Part shown: positions 49,941 through 59,653 of the stretch, piece by piece
Layout of the letters: each line of letters starts with the position of its first letter
Numbering within the stretch: the first letter of the stretch is position 1
Program-made: the position numbers and the translations under genes
NCBI GenBank assembly: GCA_963693055.1
Contig: OY843751.1
Location: 1,152,001 to 1,216,000, forward strand
From: a bacterium
Lineage (GTDB): Bacteria; Zhuqueibacterota; Zhuqueibacteria; Residuimicrobiales; Krinioviventaceae
Direction of reading: 5' to 3'
Length of the DNA: 64,000 bases
Notes under the pieces: model-generated
The model's input: the letters and a program-made list of their open reading frames with translations, nothing else
What the model was told of the DNA's origin: nothing
The model's database searches: none

Positions 49941-52900
49941 GTGTCTAAAGTAAAACTGTTACTTGTTGAAGATGAAATTATTTTTGCAATGGATATGAAA
50001 CAGAAGCTGGAAAACGCCGGTTACTCTGTTTTAGGAATTGTTACCAATATGCAAGAAACCATGGCTGCCATTCAGAAAGAAGTCCCAAATATAATATTGA
50101 TGGATATAATGCTGAATGAAGAAGATGATGGGGTCAGCATTGCTAAAAAAATCAGACAGAATTATTTTATCCCCATAATTTTTATTACTGCTTTTACCGA
50201 CAAGGAAACATTTGACAGGGCAAAAGAAACAATGCCTTATGGCTATATTTTAAAGCCGATCTCTGAAAGAGATTTGTTTGTAACTATTGATCTTGCATTA
50301 TATAAACATTCTATAGAATTGCACCTGAAAGAGCGTGAAGAATGGTTTGAAGCTACACTTACCAGTCTGGGGGACGCTGTTATTACAATCGATTCAGATG
50401 GTTTTATTACTTATATTAATCCTACAGCAACTCAAATTACGCAATGGGAGACGAGTGATGCTATTGGCCAATATGTTCTTGATATTTTTAATGTAACAGA
50501 CTATATAAAATCAAATAAAGATAATCAATCTTTCATGTTGGAAGATAATACTTTTAAAACATTAGAGTCAGAATTAAAAACAAAATTTAATACAAATGTG
50601 CCTATAGAATTCAATATTAAACCAATATCGCGTGAAAAATTTGCAGCCAAAGGATATGTGATTGTATTCCGGGACATATCTGATAGAAAAATGGCCGCAA
50701 AGGCTCTGGTTAACTCTGAAGAAAAATACCGTACACTTGTTGAGAATATGCATGAAGTTTTATTTCATGTGGACCTGGATGGAAAGGTAACGTACATAAG
50801 TCCGGTTATACACAGAATTACGGGATTTTTACCAAGTGAGATTGAAGGTAAGCATTTTAGCACTTTGCTAGACGGGGAAAGTAAAGATGCCGCGAAAATA
50901 GTTTTTCAAAACACTCTTGATGGACAAAATCAGCATTTAGAAAGCAGAATTGTTCATAAAAAAGGTATAATAATATTTGTAAAAATTATGTGCCAGTTAA
51001 TAAGTAATGAGGGTAAAGTTACGGGGATTTCTGGAATCATTACTAATGTGTCTGAACAAAAGATCGCTGAAAAGAATTTAGAAAATGAGCAACATCTCTT
51101 AAACACGCTCATGAAACAATCTACAGATTTTATCTATTTTAAAGATAAGCAAGGTAAATTTATTCGGGTAAACGATAAAACGTTGTCAAAACATCATTTG
51201 TCTTCTTTTGGTGAAATAATTGGAAAAACCGATAAAGATTTTTTTATTGAAGCGTATGCTCAACAGGCATCTGAAGATGAACGTACCATTGTAGAAACGG
51301 GTATTGCCATTGAAAATTATGAAGAATTGGAGATATCACTTGATGGGACAACGAGTTGGGTTTCAACATCAAAAATGCCGTTAACTGATTTGCATGGTGA
51401 GATAATAGGAACATTTGGAATATCTCGTGATATTACTGAACTTAAAGAAGTGACAAATCAGTTGGTTGAATCTGAAAAGCGATTCAAAGACCTTGCAAAT
51501 TTGTTACCCCAGACTATATTTGAAATGAATGATGGAGGTATTTTTACTTTTGTAAACCAGCACGGACTGGAAAAATTTAACTGCTCAGCGGAGGAATTAA
51601 AGAACGGTGTCAGTTTTGTCGAGTTTATTGTACCCGAAGAAAGGGAACGGGCATTAAATAATTATGCTAAAAGAATAAGTAGTAAAGATATTGCAAACTC
51701 GGAATACAACGTACAATTAAAGGATGGTACTCGATTTCCAGTATCTGTTTATGCATCTCCAATATTCAATGATAAAAAATTTTCAGGTATGCGTGGTATT
51801 ATTATTGATATTACTGAAAGAATGCAAATGTTTGAGCAAGTGGAAAAGGCCAGGTTGGCAGCTGAAAAAGCGAATAGCGCCAAAAGTGAATTTCTTGCCA
51901 ATATGAGCCATGAAATCAGAACCCCAATGAATGGTATCGTTGGTATGCTTGACTTGTTAAAAGATTCCGTATTTGAGGAAAAAGAAAAGCAATATTTGAC
52001 GATTGCTGAAAAATCGGCTGAAACGCTTTTAAATATTATTAATAATATCCTTGATTTATCAAAAATTGAAGCCGGTAAATTAAAATTGCACAGTAGTGAA
52101 TTTAACCTTCGCATTCTCCTGGAAAATCTGGTTTCAATGCACCGTTTATCAAAACGTAATGATAATATTGAAATATCATTCAAAATTGATCCCTCAATTC
52201 CTGTCATTCTTGAAGGTGATTATGTCAGGTTGGAACAGATATTAAATAATTTGCTTAGTAATGCAGTAAAATTTACAAACCAGGGCAGTGTTAGAATTGA
52301 AGTGAAAAACAAAGATCTTGATTGGAATGTAGAAAAAGATCTAGATTTGCAGATTCAGGTTGTAGATACGGGTATTGGAATTGAAAAAGAAAAACAAAAA
52401 CTGGTATTTGATCATTTTACACAAATCGATAGTTCTTTAACCAAGCAGTTTTCCGGTACCGGTTTGGGACTAACAATTTGTAAACAACTTGTTACTTTGA
52501 TGGGCGGTACTATGGAACTGGAGAGCGAGCCTGGCTCAGGAACTACTGTATTTGTTAACCTTGAATTAAAAGCAGCTGATTCCTTGAAACAGCTGGTGTA
52601 TAAAAACTATATTAATATATTGCCTTGTTATATCAATGTGAAAAACAGTCAAGAACTTTTGCGACTATTAGAGCAATTTGATATCCAGGTGTTAAAAGAT
52701 GATTCGGATTTGAAATCTAATGATGATTTGATAATCATTGTTGAATATGATAAATTAAATGAAATTAAAGAAATAATCCTATCAAAACATAAAGTTGTGA
52801 TCTTGACAGATAAAGCTGACTCTAAGCTATATGAGAAATATACCCAGTCAATTCTGCTGCCGTTACAATTCAATAAATATGAATTGTTAAAAATACTTTA

Positions 52901-53669
52901 TGATTCGAGTATAAACAGTTTATATAAAACTGATATAGAGAACAAGAATGATAAGGAAAAGGAAGTTGACAATTTTTCTGATGGTTCTTTAATAAATGTG
53001 CTGGTTGCGGAAGATGATAAAGTAAATCAAATGGTCTTTGTGAATTTATTAAAAGATTATAAAGTAAATGTAACTCTGGCCCAGGATGGATATCAGGTAT
53101 TAGAAAAGTTGAAAACAGACACATTTCATCTTATTCTAATGGATATTCAAATGCCTCGAATGAATGGTTTGGAAGCTATTAATATTATACGTAACTCGGC
53201 TGAGAAAAATATTCCCACTGATATTCCCATTATTGTAGTAACGGCTTATGCGTTAAAAGGTGATGAAGACAAGTTTAAGCAAGCCGGTGCTAATGATTAT
53301 CTGGATAAACCTATTGATCGTAAATTGTTACTTGAAAAGATAATCAAATGGAGCGGCAAGATGCTCGTTTCAAGTGCTGAGAAAAGAAAACGACCTGATT
53401 CGGCAGCGGGAAATAAAATTCGCTTAAAAATTAAAGATTTTGATAAAATAGCTGAGACCATGGAAACATTGATCACATTGTTGGAAGAGAACGATGAAGC
53501 ACATGTACAGAAACATGCAATGACATTGTGTGATATGATTAAAAAATCAGATCATGATTATATATCACGGTTGGGTTTCAGGTTGGAGCTGGCAGTTGTA
53601 AATCAAAATTTTGCAAAAAGTAAAACGATATTGATCGAAATGCAGGAATTTTTCAAAATGAATTGTTAA
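49941..53669 (+). CDS. hybrid histidine kinase: REC-(PAS)x4-HisKA-HATPase-degenerate REC-REC-degenerate Hpt-like
   Basis: N-terminal LVEDE..LMDIML, four PAS domains, FLANMSHEIRTPMNG, NAVKFT, GTGLGL and C-terminal VAEDD..LMDIQMP..KP. Confidence 0.93.
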   Translation: MSKVKLLLVEDEIIFAMDMKQKLENAGYSVLGIVTNMQETMAAIQKEVPNIILMDIMLNEEDDGVSIAKKIRQNYFIPIIFITAFTDKETFDRAKETMPYGYILKPISERDLFVTIDLALYKHSIELHLKEREEWFEATLTSLGDAVITIDSDGFITYINPTATQITQWETSDAIGQYVLDIFNVTDYIKSNKDNQSFMLEDNTFKTLESELKTKFNTNVPIEFNIKPISREKFAAKGYVIVFRDISDRKMAAKALVNSEEKYRTLVENMHEVLFHVDLDGKVTYISPVIHRITGFLPSEIEGKHFSTLLDGESKDAAKIVFQNTLDGQNQHLESRIVHKKGIIIFVKIMCQLISNEGKVTGISGIITNVSEQKIAEKNLENEQHLLNTLMKQSTDFIYFKDKQGKFIRVNDKTLSKHHLSSFGEIIGKTDKDFFIEAYAQQASEDERTIVETGIAIENYEELEISLDGTTSWVSTSKMPLTDLHGEIIGTFGISRDITELKEVTNQLVESEKRFKDLANLLPQTIFEMNDGGIFTFVNQHGLEKFNCSAEELKNGVSFVEFIVPEERERALNNYAKRISSKDIANSEYNVQLKDGTRFPVSVYASPIFNDKKFSGMRGIIIDITERMQMFEQVEKARLAAEKANSAKSEFLANMSHEIRTPMNGIVGMLDLLKDSVFEEKEKQYLTIAEKSAETLLNIINNILDLSKIEAGKLKLHSSEFNLRILLENLVSMHRLSKRNDNIEISFKIDPSIPVILEGDYVRLEQILNNLLSNAVKFTNQGSVRIEVKNKDLDWNVEKDLDLQIQVVDTGIGIEKEKQKLVFDHFTQIDSSLTKQFSGTGLGLTICKQLVTLMGGTMELESEPGSGTTVFVNLELKAADSLKQLVYKNYINILPCYINVKNSQELLRLLEQFDIQVLKDDSDLKSNDDLIIIVEYDKLNEIKEIILSKHKVVILTDKADSKLYEKYTQSILLPLQFNKYELLKILYDSSINSLYKTDIENKNDKEKEVDNFSDGSLINVLVAEDDKVNQMVFVNLLKDYKVNVTLAQDGYQVLEKLKTDTFHLILMDIQMPRMNGLEAINIIRNSAEKNIPTDIPIIVVTAYALKGDEDKFKQAGANDYLDKPIDRKLLLEKIIKWSGKMLVSSAEKRKRPDSAAGNKIRLKIKDFDKIAETMETLITLLEENDEAHVQKHAMTLCDMIKKSDHDYISRLGFRLELAVVNQNFAKSKTILIEMQEFFKMNC

Positions 53670-53801
53670 AAATACCCTGGGGGCACGGATTCATTTCTCA
53701 CGATTCTGCAATTAATAACCTTTTGTAAAAAAACAATTTGAAAAGCTTGATTATTTGGTTATTTTAAATATTGAATTTTGACCATAATAAAGGAGTGTTC
53801 A

Positions 53802-54722
53802 ATGAGAAAAATGTTGAGGATTAGTATCTTGATCTTGTTAACAGGTTTGCAATTGTCATTTGCACAGACTCTGGCAGAAAAGCTGGGTTATAAAAATACG
53901 GATAAACTTTTGATCGTAAATTGTGATGATGTGGGTATGTGCCATTCGGCAAATGTGGCGGTTATGGATGCTATGGTGAATGGAATGATCACATCGGGTA
54001 CAATAATGACTCCATGCCCCTGGTTCAACGAGATTGCTGATTTTGCTAGAAGCGGAGCAAAAAGCGATTTGGGAGTACATTTGACCCATACTGCAGAATG
54101 GAAACATTACCGTTGGGGAACCGTTGCTTCTAAAAATCTTGTAAGCGGATTACTGGATCCACAGGGATATATGTGGGAATCGGTTGAAGATGTATATAAA
54201 CATGCCAACGCCGAACAAGCTTATATTGAAGGCAAAGCGCAGATCCAAAAAGCGCTTGATGCCGGTATTGACGTTACGCATATTGACTCACACATGGGTA
54301 CCATGCAGCATGATCCCGAGTATTATCAGGCATATGTGAAATTGGCCAAAGAATACAACTTGCCGTTAAGAATGCCTTCCCAATCTACCACGGAAAAATT
54401 TGGTATGCCCGGTCTTCGCAGCCAGGTTTCCTCAATGGGGCTGATCTTTCCTGATTATTTTGTATATGAAGAATTGCACAACTATGGAGAGGTTAAACCT
54501 TTTTGGACCAATATTTTGAAAAATTTGAAACCCGGTGTTACAGAGATTTATATTCATGCGGCTGTTACAACAGATGAATTAAAAGCCATTACAAACAGTT
54601 GGAAAACACGCAGTAAAGAGTATGAGACCTTTAATCAGGACCCGGATATCAAGAAACTGATTGAGGATGAAGGAATAGTTTTAATTGGTTATCGTCCATT
54701 AAGAGAACTGCAGCGTAAATAA
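53802..54722 (+). CDS. exported YdjC/ChbG-family carbohydrate deacetylase
   Basis: Signal peptide, NCDDVG, GVHL, THIDSHM and EIYIH motifs. ATG 53802 follows AAGGAG. Confidence 0.85.
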   Translation: MRKMLRISILILLTGLQLSFAQTLAEKLGYKNTDKLLIVNCDDVGMCHSANVAVMDAMVNGMITSGTIMTPCPWFNEIADFARSGAKSDLGVHLTHTAEWKHYRWGTVASKNLVSGLLDPQGYMWESVEDVYKHANAEQAYIEGKAQIQKALDAGIDVTHIDSHMGTMQHDPEYYQAYVKLAKEYNLPLRMPSQSTTEKFGMPGLRSQVSSMGLIFPDYFVYEELHNYGEVKPFWTNILKNLKPGVTEIYIHAAVTTDELKAITNSWKTRSKEYETFNQDPDIKKLIEDEGIVLIGYRPLRELQRK

Positions 54723-54741
54723 TAATTCAAAGAGGGATAAT

Positions 54742-56253
54742 ATGAAAAAAATATTATTCAGTATTTTGGTTTTATTTTTTACGGTTCAAATACTTTTATC
54801 CAAACCGGTTGAAATTGAAAAATCGGTTTTAAAAGACAAGATTAAAGGCGGTTGGGCGGGACAATTGATTGGCTGCACCTATGGCGGCCCAACCGAATTT
54901 AAATTCAACAGTACCATTATTCCCGATTATCATCCTATTGACTGGAACAGTACTTTGATTGAATGGTGGTTTGATAACCATCCCGGATTGTATGATGATA
55001 TCTATATGGACCTTACGTTTGTTGATGTTTTTGATAAACAGGGTTTGGATGCACCGGCAGAGGCATTTGCAAAAGCGTTTGCGAATGCAGAGTATCCGCT
55101 TTGGCATGCAAACCAGGCAGCCAGATATAACATCCTAAATGGTATAATGCCACCCGAGTCAGGACATTGGCTTAACAATCCCCATGCAGATGATATTGAT
55201 TTTCAAATTGAAGCGGATTTTGCCGGGTTGATGAGTCCCGGTTTGGTGAATGCTGCATCCGGTTATTGTGATCGTATTGGTCATATTATGAACTATGGTG
55301 ATGGCTGGTATGGTGGAGTATATGTAGCTGCCATGTACTCGCTTGCGTTTATATCGGACGATATAGATTTTATTGTCAATGAAGCATTGAAAGCCATTCC
55401 CGCGCAAAGCACATATTATCAATGCATGCAGGATGTGATCTCGCTGCATGATAAATTTCCCAAAGACTGGAAACGTTGCTGGTTCGAGATTGAAAAAAAA
55501 TGGGGAGAAGACATTGGTTGCCCCGATGGTGTTTTCCGTGCATTTAATATTGATGCCAAGATAAATTCTGCATGGATTTTACTAGGGCTTTTGTATGGTG
55601 AAGGCGATTTTGGTAAAACCATTGATATAAGCACGCGTGCGGGAGATGATTCGGATTGTAATCCTGCAAGCTCGGGGGGCATACTGGGTGCTATGATTGG
55701 TTACGAAAAAATCCCCGATGCGTGGAAACAAGGTCTGCATAAAGTAGCTGACCGTAATTTTCAATATACCCGGATATCTCTGAACAAGGCGAATGAGTTG
55801 TCTTTTCAACAGGCATTGCAGGTTATCAGTGATAACGGGGGAACTATAGAAAAGGATAAAGTGCTTATTCCAGAACAGGATGTTAAACCAGTCCCGCTTG
55901 AAATTGGTTTTGAGGGCCATTACCCGATTGAGAGAAAGACAATTGATGCTGAGCTTGATTCTAAAACCGAACTAGAGTTTGAAGGAATTGGATTTACGTT
56001 GCAGGGGAGGATTGTTAAAGAACAGGATGTTGAGATTACATTTCTGGTAGAAATGTATATTGACAACGAACTGGTTGAAACTGCCAAGTTGCCGTCATTG
56101 AGGCATGATCGAAAAAATCCCATGTTTTGGAGATATAAGCTGGAAGAGGGTAAACACCGTATAAAATTCAAGGTATTGAATCCTGCCTCCAACGCAAGAA
56201 TGCATTTGACTGAAATGATTATATATACAGCTACGGATAAGCGGAATCAATAA
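54742..56253 (+). CDS. exported ADP-ribosylglycohydrolase (ARH/DraG-family) protein with C-terminal beta domain
   Basis: Signal peptide, GGWAGQ..G..YGGPTEF, DDIYMD, IDFQIEAD and GDDSDCN metal-binding motifs. Confidence 0.85.
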   Translation: MKKILFSILVLFFTVQILLSKPVEIEKSVLKDKIKGGWAGQLIGCTYGGPTEFKFNSTIIPDYHPIDWNSTLIEWWFDNHPGLYDDIYMDLTFVDVFDKQGLDAPAEAFAKAFANAEYPLWHANQAARYNILNGIMPPESGHWLNNPHADDIDFQIEADFAGLMSPGLVNAASGYCDRIGHIMNYGDGWYGGVYVAAMYSLAFISDDIDFIVNEALKAIPAQSTYYQCMQDVISLHDKFPKDWKRCWFEIEKKWGEDIGCPDGVFRAFNIDAKINSAWILLGLLYGEGDFGKTIDISTRAGDDSDCNPASSGGILGAMIGYEKIPDAWKQGLHKVADRNFQYTRISLNKANELSFQQALQVISDNGGTIEKDKVLIPEQDVKPVPLEIGFEGHYPIERKTIDAELDSKTELEFEGIGFTLQGRIVKEQDVEITFLVEMYIDNELVETAKLPSLRHDRKNPMFWRYKLEEGKHRIKFKVLNPASNARMHLTEMIIYTATDKRNQ

Positions 56254-56274
56254 ATCAACAATTGGGAGGCGGTT

Positions 56275-57207
56275 ATGAGAAAATTTTTACTGATAGTTTT
56301 TATTATAATTCTTTATGTGTCTTTAAGCTCTGCTGCTGATAAACAAAAGATTATATTTGATTGTGATCTGGGTGATGATATTGATGATGCATTTGCCTTG
56401 GCTATGATACTCGCCAGTCCAGAGTTAGATGTTCTGGGTGTTGTTTTGGATTATGGTAACACACCTGAACGCGCCAAAATAGCTTGCCGTATGTTGTACG
56501 AAACTGGCAGAGAAGATATCCCTGTGGTTGTGGGCAGGCAAACGCATGATATTTACTCGCCTCAATTCAACTGGGGAAAAGGATTTGATAAAGTAAAACC
56601 TGTAGACACACCGGCTGATGAATTTATAATCTCTCAATTAAAGAAATACCCCAATGAGGTTGTTTTGATAACAGTGGGTCCGGTTCCCAATATGATGGAT
56701 GTGATTAAAAAGGACAAGGATGCATTAAAACTCTCCAAACATATCTATTCCATGTATGGATCTTTTTATATGGGATACAACAAGGAACCTATACCCAGTG
56801 CGGAATGGAATGTACGTGCCGATGAAGATGCATCTAGACTGTTTTCTGCCTGTGGTGCAGAGATCACTTATGCCGGGCTGGATGTAACCACCTTTGTAAA
56901 GTGGAATGACGAACGTCGTTTAAAACTGTTGATGCGCCAGTCACCCCTTACCAATGCTATATGTGGACTATACAGCTTGTGGCCGCATGAAACGCCAACT
57001 TTGTATGATTGTGTTGCAGTAGGTATGGTGATTTGGCCGGATCTGTTTACAACCCGAAAAGCCTTTGTTAAAGTGATTGATGGCGGATATACGATTATTG
57101 ATGAGAGCAAGACACCCAACTGTGAGGTTGGAGTAAGCATTAAAACTGAAACATTTTTAAACAGATTGATGGATGTATATTTAACTCAGAACCTGATGCG
57201 CGAATAA
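56275..57207 (+). CDS. exported nucleoside hydrolase (IU-NH family)
   Basis: Signal peptide, DCDLGDDIDD Ca-binding motif, GPVPN, AEWNV and GLDVT. Confidence 0.9.
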   Translation: MRKFLLIVFIIILYVSLSSAADKQKIIFDCDLGDDIDDAFALAMILASPELDVLGVVLDYGNTPERAKIACRMLYETGREDIPVVVGRQTHDIYSPQFNWGKGFDKVKPVDTPADEFIISQLKKYPNEVVLITVGPVPNMMDVIKKDKDALKLSKHIYSMYGSFYMGYNKEPIPSAEWNVRADEDASRLFSACGAEITYAGLDVTTFVKWNDERRLKLLMRQSPLTNAICGLYSLWPHETPTLYDCVAVGMVIWPDLFTTRKAFVKVIDGGYTIIDESKTPNCEVGVSIKTETFLNRLMDVYLTQNLMRE

Positions 57208-57226
57208 TTCCATAGGTGAGTACGCT

Positions 57227-58159
57227 TTGGAGAAAACTTTGAGAATAGTAGTTGTTGGCAGTTCCAATACAGATATGATTGTTAATGTACCCAAAATACC
57301 CGTAGCAGGTGAAACGGTATTGGGAGGCACATTTAGTCGTGCGGCCGGCGGCAAAGGCGCAAATCAGGCAGTTGCCGCGGCACGGGCAGGTGGTAATGTA
57401 ACATTCATTGCAAGAGTGGGGAACGATAGCTTTGGAGAAGAAGCAATTACCGGGTTTGCCATAGATCATATCCAGACGCAATATATCTTTCAGGATGAAA
57501 AAGCCCCTTCAGGTATTGCTGAAATTTTTGTTTCTGATAACGGAGAGAACTGTATAGCCGTAGCCCCCGGTGCAAATGCTCTGTTAAGCTCTGAGGATGT
57601 ATTAAAAGCTAAATCTGAAATTGCCTCTGCGGATGTTTTGGTTGCCCAGTTGGAAACCCCTCTTGAAACTGTGGAAACGGCAATTTCTATCGCAAGTCAG
57701 AATCGCACCAAAGTGATCCTGAATCCTGCTCCGGCATGCGAGCTCCCGGACGAGTTATTGTCTCGGGTATCGATTCTGACCCCCAATGAAACCGAAACCG
57801 AATTTTTGACAGGAATTGCTATAACTGACCTTAAAAGTGTAGAAAAGGCGAGTGAAGCTTTGCGGCAAAAGGGTGTACAAATGGTAATTATAACGCTGGG
57901 CAGCAAGGGTGTGTATGTCTCCACAAGCGAATTTGGCGGATTAATACCCGGCTATGAGGTGGATGCTGTGGATACAACCGCTGCCGGTGATGTATTTAAC
58001 GGCGCGCTTGCTGTAGGCATTGCAGGCAGAATGATGTTGAATGAAGCTGTGCAATTTGCCCAGGCTGCGGCAGCGCTTTCTGTTACCCGCATGGGTGCCC
58101 AACCATCCTGTCCTACTCGTAAAGAGATACTGGATTTTATCTCTCAACAACAATATTAA
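57227..58159 (+). CDS. rbsK: ribokinase
   Basis: GSSNTD, GGKGANQAVAAAR, QLE, NPAPA, NETE and DTTAAGD motifs. No signal peptide. Confidence 0.95.
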   Translation: MEKTLRIVVVGSSNTDMIVNVPKIPVAGETVLGGTFSRAAGGKGANQAVAAARAGGNVTFIARVGNDSFGEEAITGFAIDHIQTQYIFQDEKAPSGIAEIFVSDNGENCIAVAPGANALLSSEDVLKAKSEIASADVLVAQLETPLETVETAISIASQNRTKVILNPAPACELPDELLSRVSILTPNETETEFLTGIAITDLKSVEKASEALRQKGVQMVIITLGSKGVYVSTSEFGGLIPGYEVDAVDTTAAGDVFNGALAVGIAGRMMLNEAVQFAQAAAALSVTRMGAQPSCPTRKEILDFISQQQY

Positions 58160-58282
58160 TTTATTTTGATTTAAATCTGACCTTATTTAATACCTTGCGC
58201 ATTTATCCGAGTATTTGTATTTTGAAATAACCCTGTTTTATTGTGTTTCCGACAATTTATTAATAAATAAAGAGGTCTGGGT

Positions 58283-59653
58283 ATGCAAAATGATTTGAAA
58301 ACATCAAGGCGCGAGTTTTTGAAAAATTCTACTGCCGCTGCGGTAGGAATAGGCGCATTGGGCGCACCTGTCATTAAACCGGTTTTAGGGGCAAATGATA
58401 AAATCCGTATGGGATTCATTGGGGTTGGCAACCGGGGAACGCAATTGTTACACAGTTTTGTTGAAAACAAGGATGTAGATCTGGTAGCTCTGTGTGATGT
58501 GTATGAACCCTTTACCTTGCGTGATCCCTCAAAATTAGATCCCATCTTTGTAGAAAAACTGGGCAAACGATTACCGGCTTTGGGTGAAAAGTTTGGTAAA
58601 TATGATCGCTATTCAGATTTTAGAAAACTTTTGGAACGCAAAGATATAGATGCGGTTTGCATTGCAACTCCGGACCACTGGCACTCTATTCAAATGATTG
58701 AGGCATGCGAAGCTGGTAAAGATGTTTATGTGGAAAAACCCCTGACCATTGCTTTAAAAGAGGGACGTCGGATGGTTGATGCCGCAGAACGTACAGGGCA
58801 AATTGTTCAGGTGGGCTTGAACCGCAGGGGTTCTACTTTGTATCAGCAAATGGTTAAACTGGTACAGGGAGGCAAGCTGGGTAAAATAACCACCGCTCGA
58901 GCTTCACGTATCAGCAATATGTATCCTAAGGGCATTGGAAATGAAAAACCTGCTGATCCCCCAAAGGATCTGGATTGGGATATGTGGCTGGGTCCCCGGG
59001 AATACAGACCTTTTCAATATAATATTATGCCTTATTTTTTCCGCTGGTGGAAGTCGTACTCTTCGCAAATGGGCAACTGGGGAGTGCACTATTTTGATGT
59101 AATGCGCTGGATGATGGGAGAGCGAGCCCCTGTTGCTGTTACGGCAATTGGTGGGAAATATGCCTTAACGGATGACCGAACCATTCCTGATACCACTGAA
59201 GTGATTTTTGAGTTTGCTTCCGGTGCAATTATGACTTTTTCAATTTATGAAGCCAGTGGCGGCAGAGTTATTCAAAAGGGTGAAGTAGAGCTACGCGGTA
59301 CCAAAGGTACGCTGTATACAACCGATAATAATTACACCATTGTACCCTCAAAAGCAGGGCAATTCCAGGATTGGGACGAGCTGGTTGAAGAAACAGACCA
59401 GGATATTTCTGTGCCGGAAGATATTACTTCCAAGTTGATCCGTAATTTTCTGGATTGTGTAAAATCCAAAGCTGAACCCTGGTGCCCTCTGGAAGAAGGA
59501 CATCGGTCAACTTCATTTGCGCATATTGCCAATATTTCTCTGGAAGTTGGCGGACGACTGGAATGGGACGCAGAAAAAGAACAATTTATAAATAATGATA
59601 AAGCAAACGAATTGTTGGATTATGAGTACAGGTCGCCATGGAAAAAAGCATAA
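58283..59653 (+). CDS. Tat-exported Gfo/Idh/MocA oxidoreductase
   Basis: SRREFLK Tat motif, GVGNRG, ATPDHWH, EKP, WDMWLGP and NWGVH motifs. Confidence 0.9.
   Translation: MQNDLKTSRREFLKNSTAAAVGIGALGAPVIKPVLGANDKIRMGFIGVGNRGTQLLHSFVENKDVDLVALCDVYEPFTLRDPSKLDPIFVEKLGKRLPALGEKFGKYDRYSDFRKLLERKDIDAVCIATPDHWHSIQMIEACEAGKDVYVEKPLTIALKEGRRMVDAAERTGQIVQVGLNRRGSTLYQQMVKLVQGGKLGKITTARASRISNMYPKGIGNEKPADPPKDLDWDMWLGPREYRPFQYNIMPYFFRWWKSYSSQMGNWGVHYFDVMRWMMGERAPVAVTAIGGKYALTDDRTIPDTTEVIFEFASGAIMTFSIYEASGGRVIQKGEVELRGTKGTLYTTDNNYTIVPSKAGQFQDWDELVEETDQDISVPEDITSKLIRNFLDCVKSKAEPWCPLEEGHRSTSFAHIANISLEVGGRLEWDAEKEQFINNDKANELLDYEYRSPWKKA

Noticed and set aside
54742-56253. ARH protein as DraG or as a toxin immunity factor
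   Set aside because: It has a signal peptide, there is no DraT, nif or ADP-ribosyltransferase toxin nearby, and its neighbours are catabolic.
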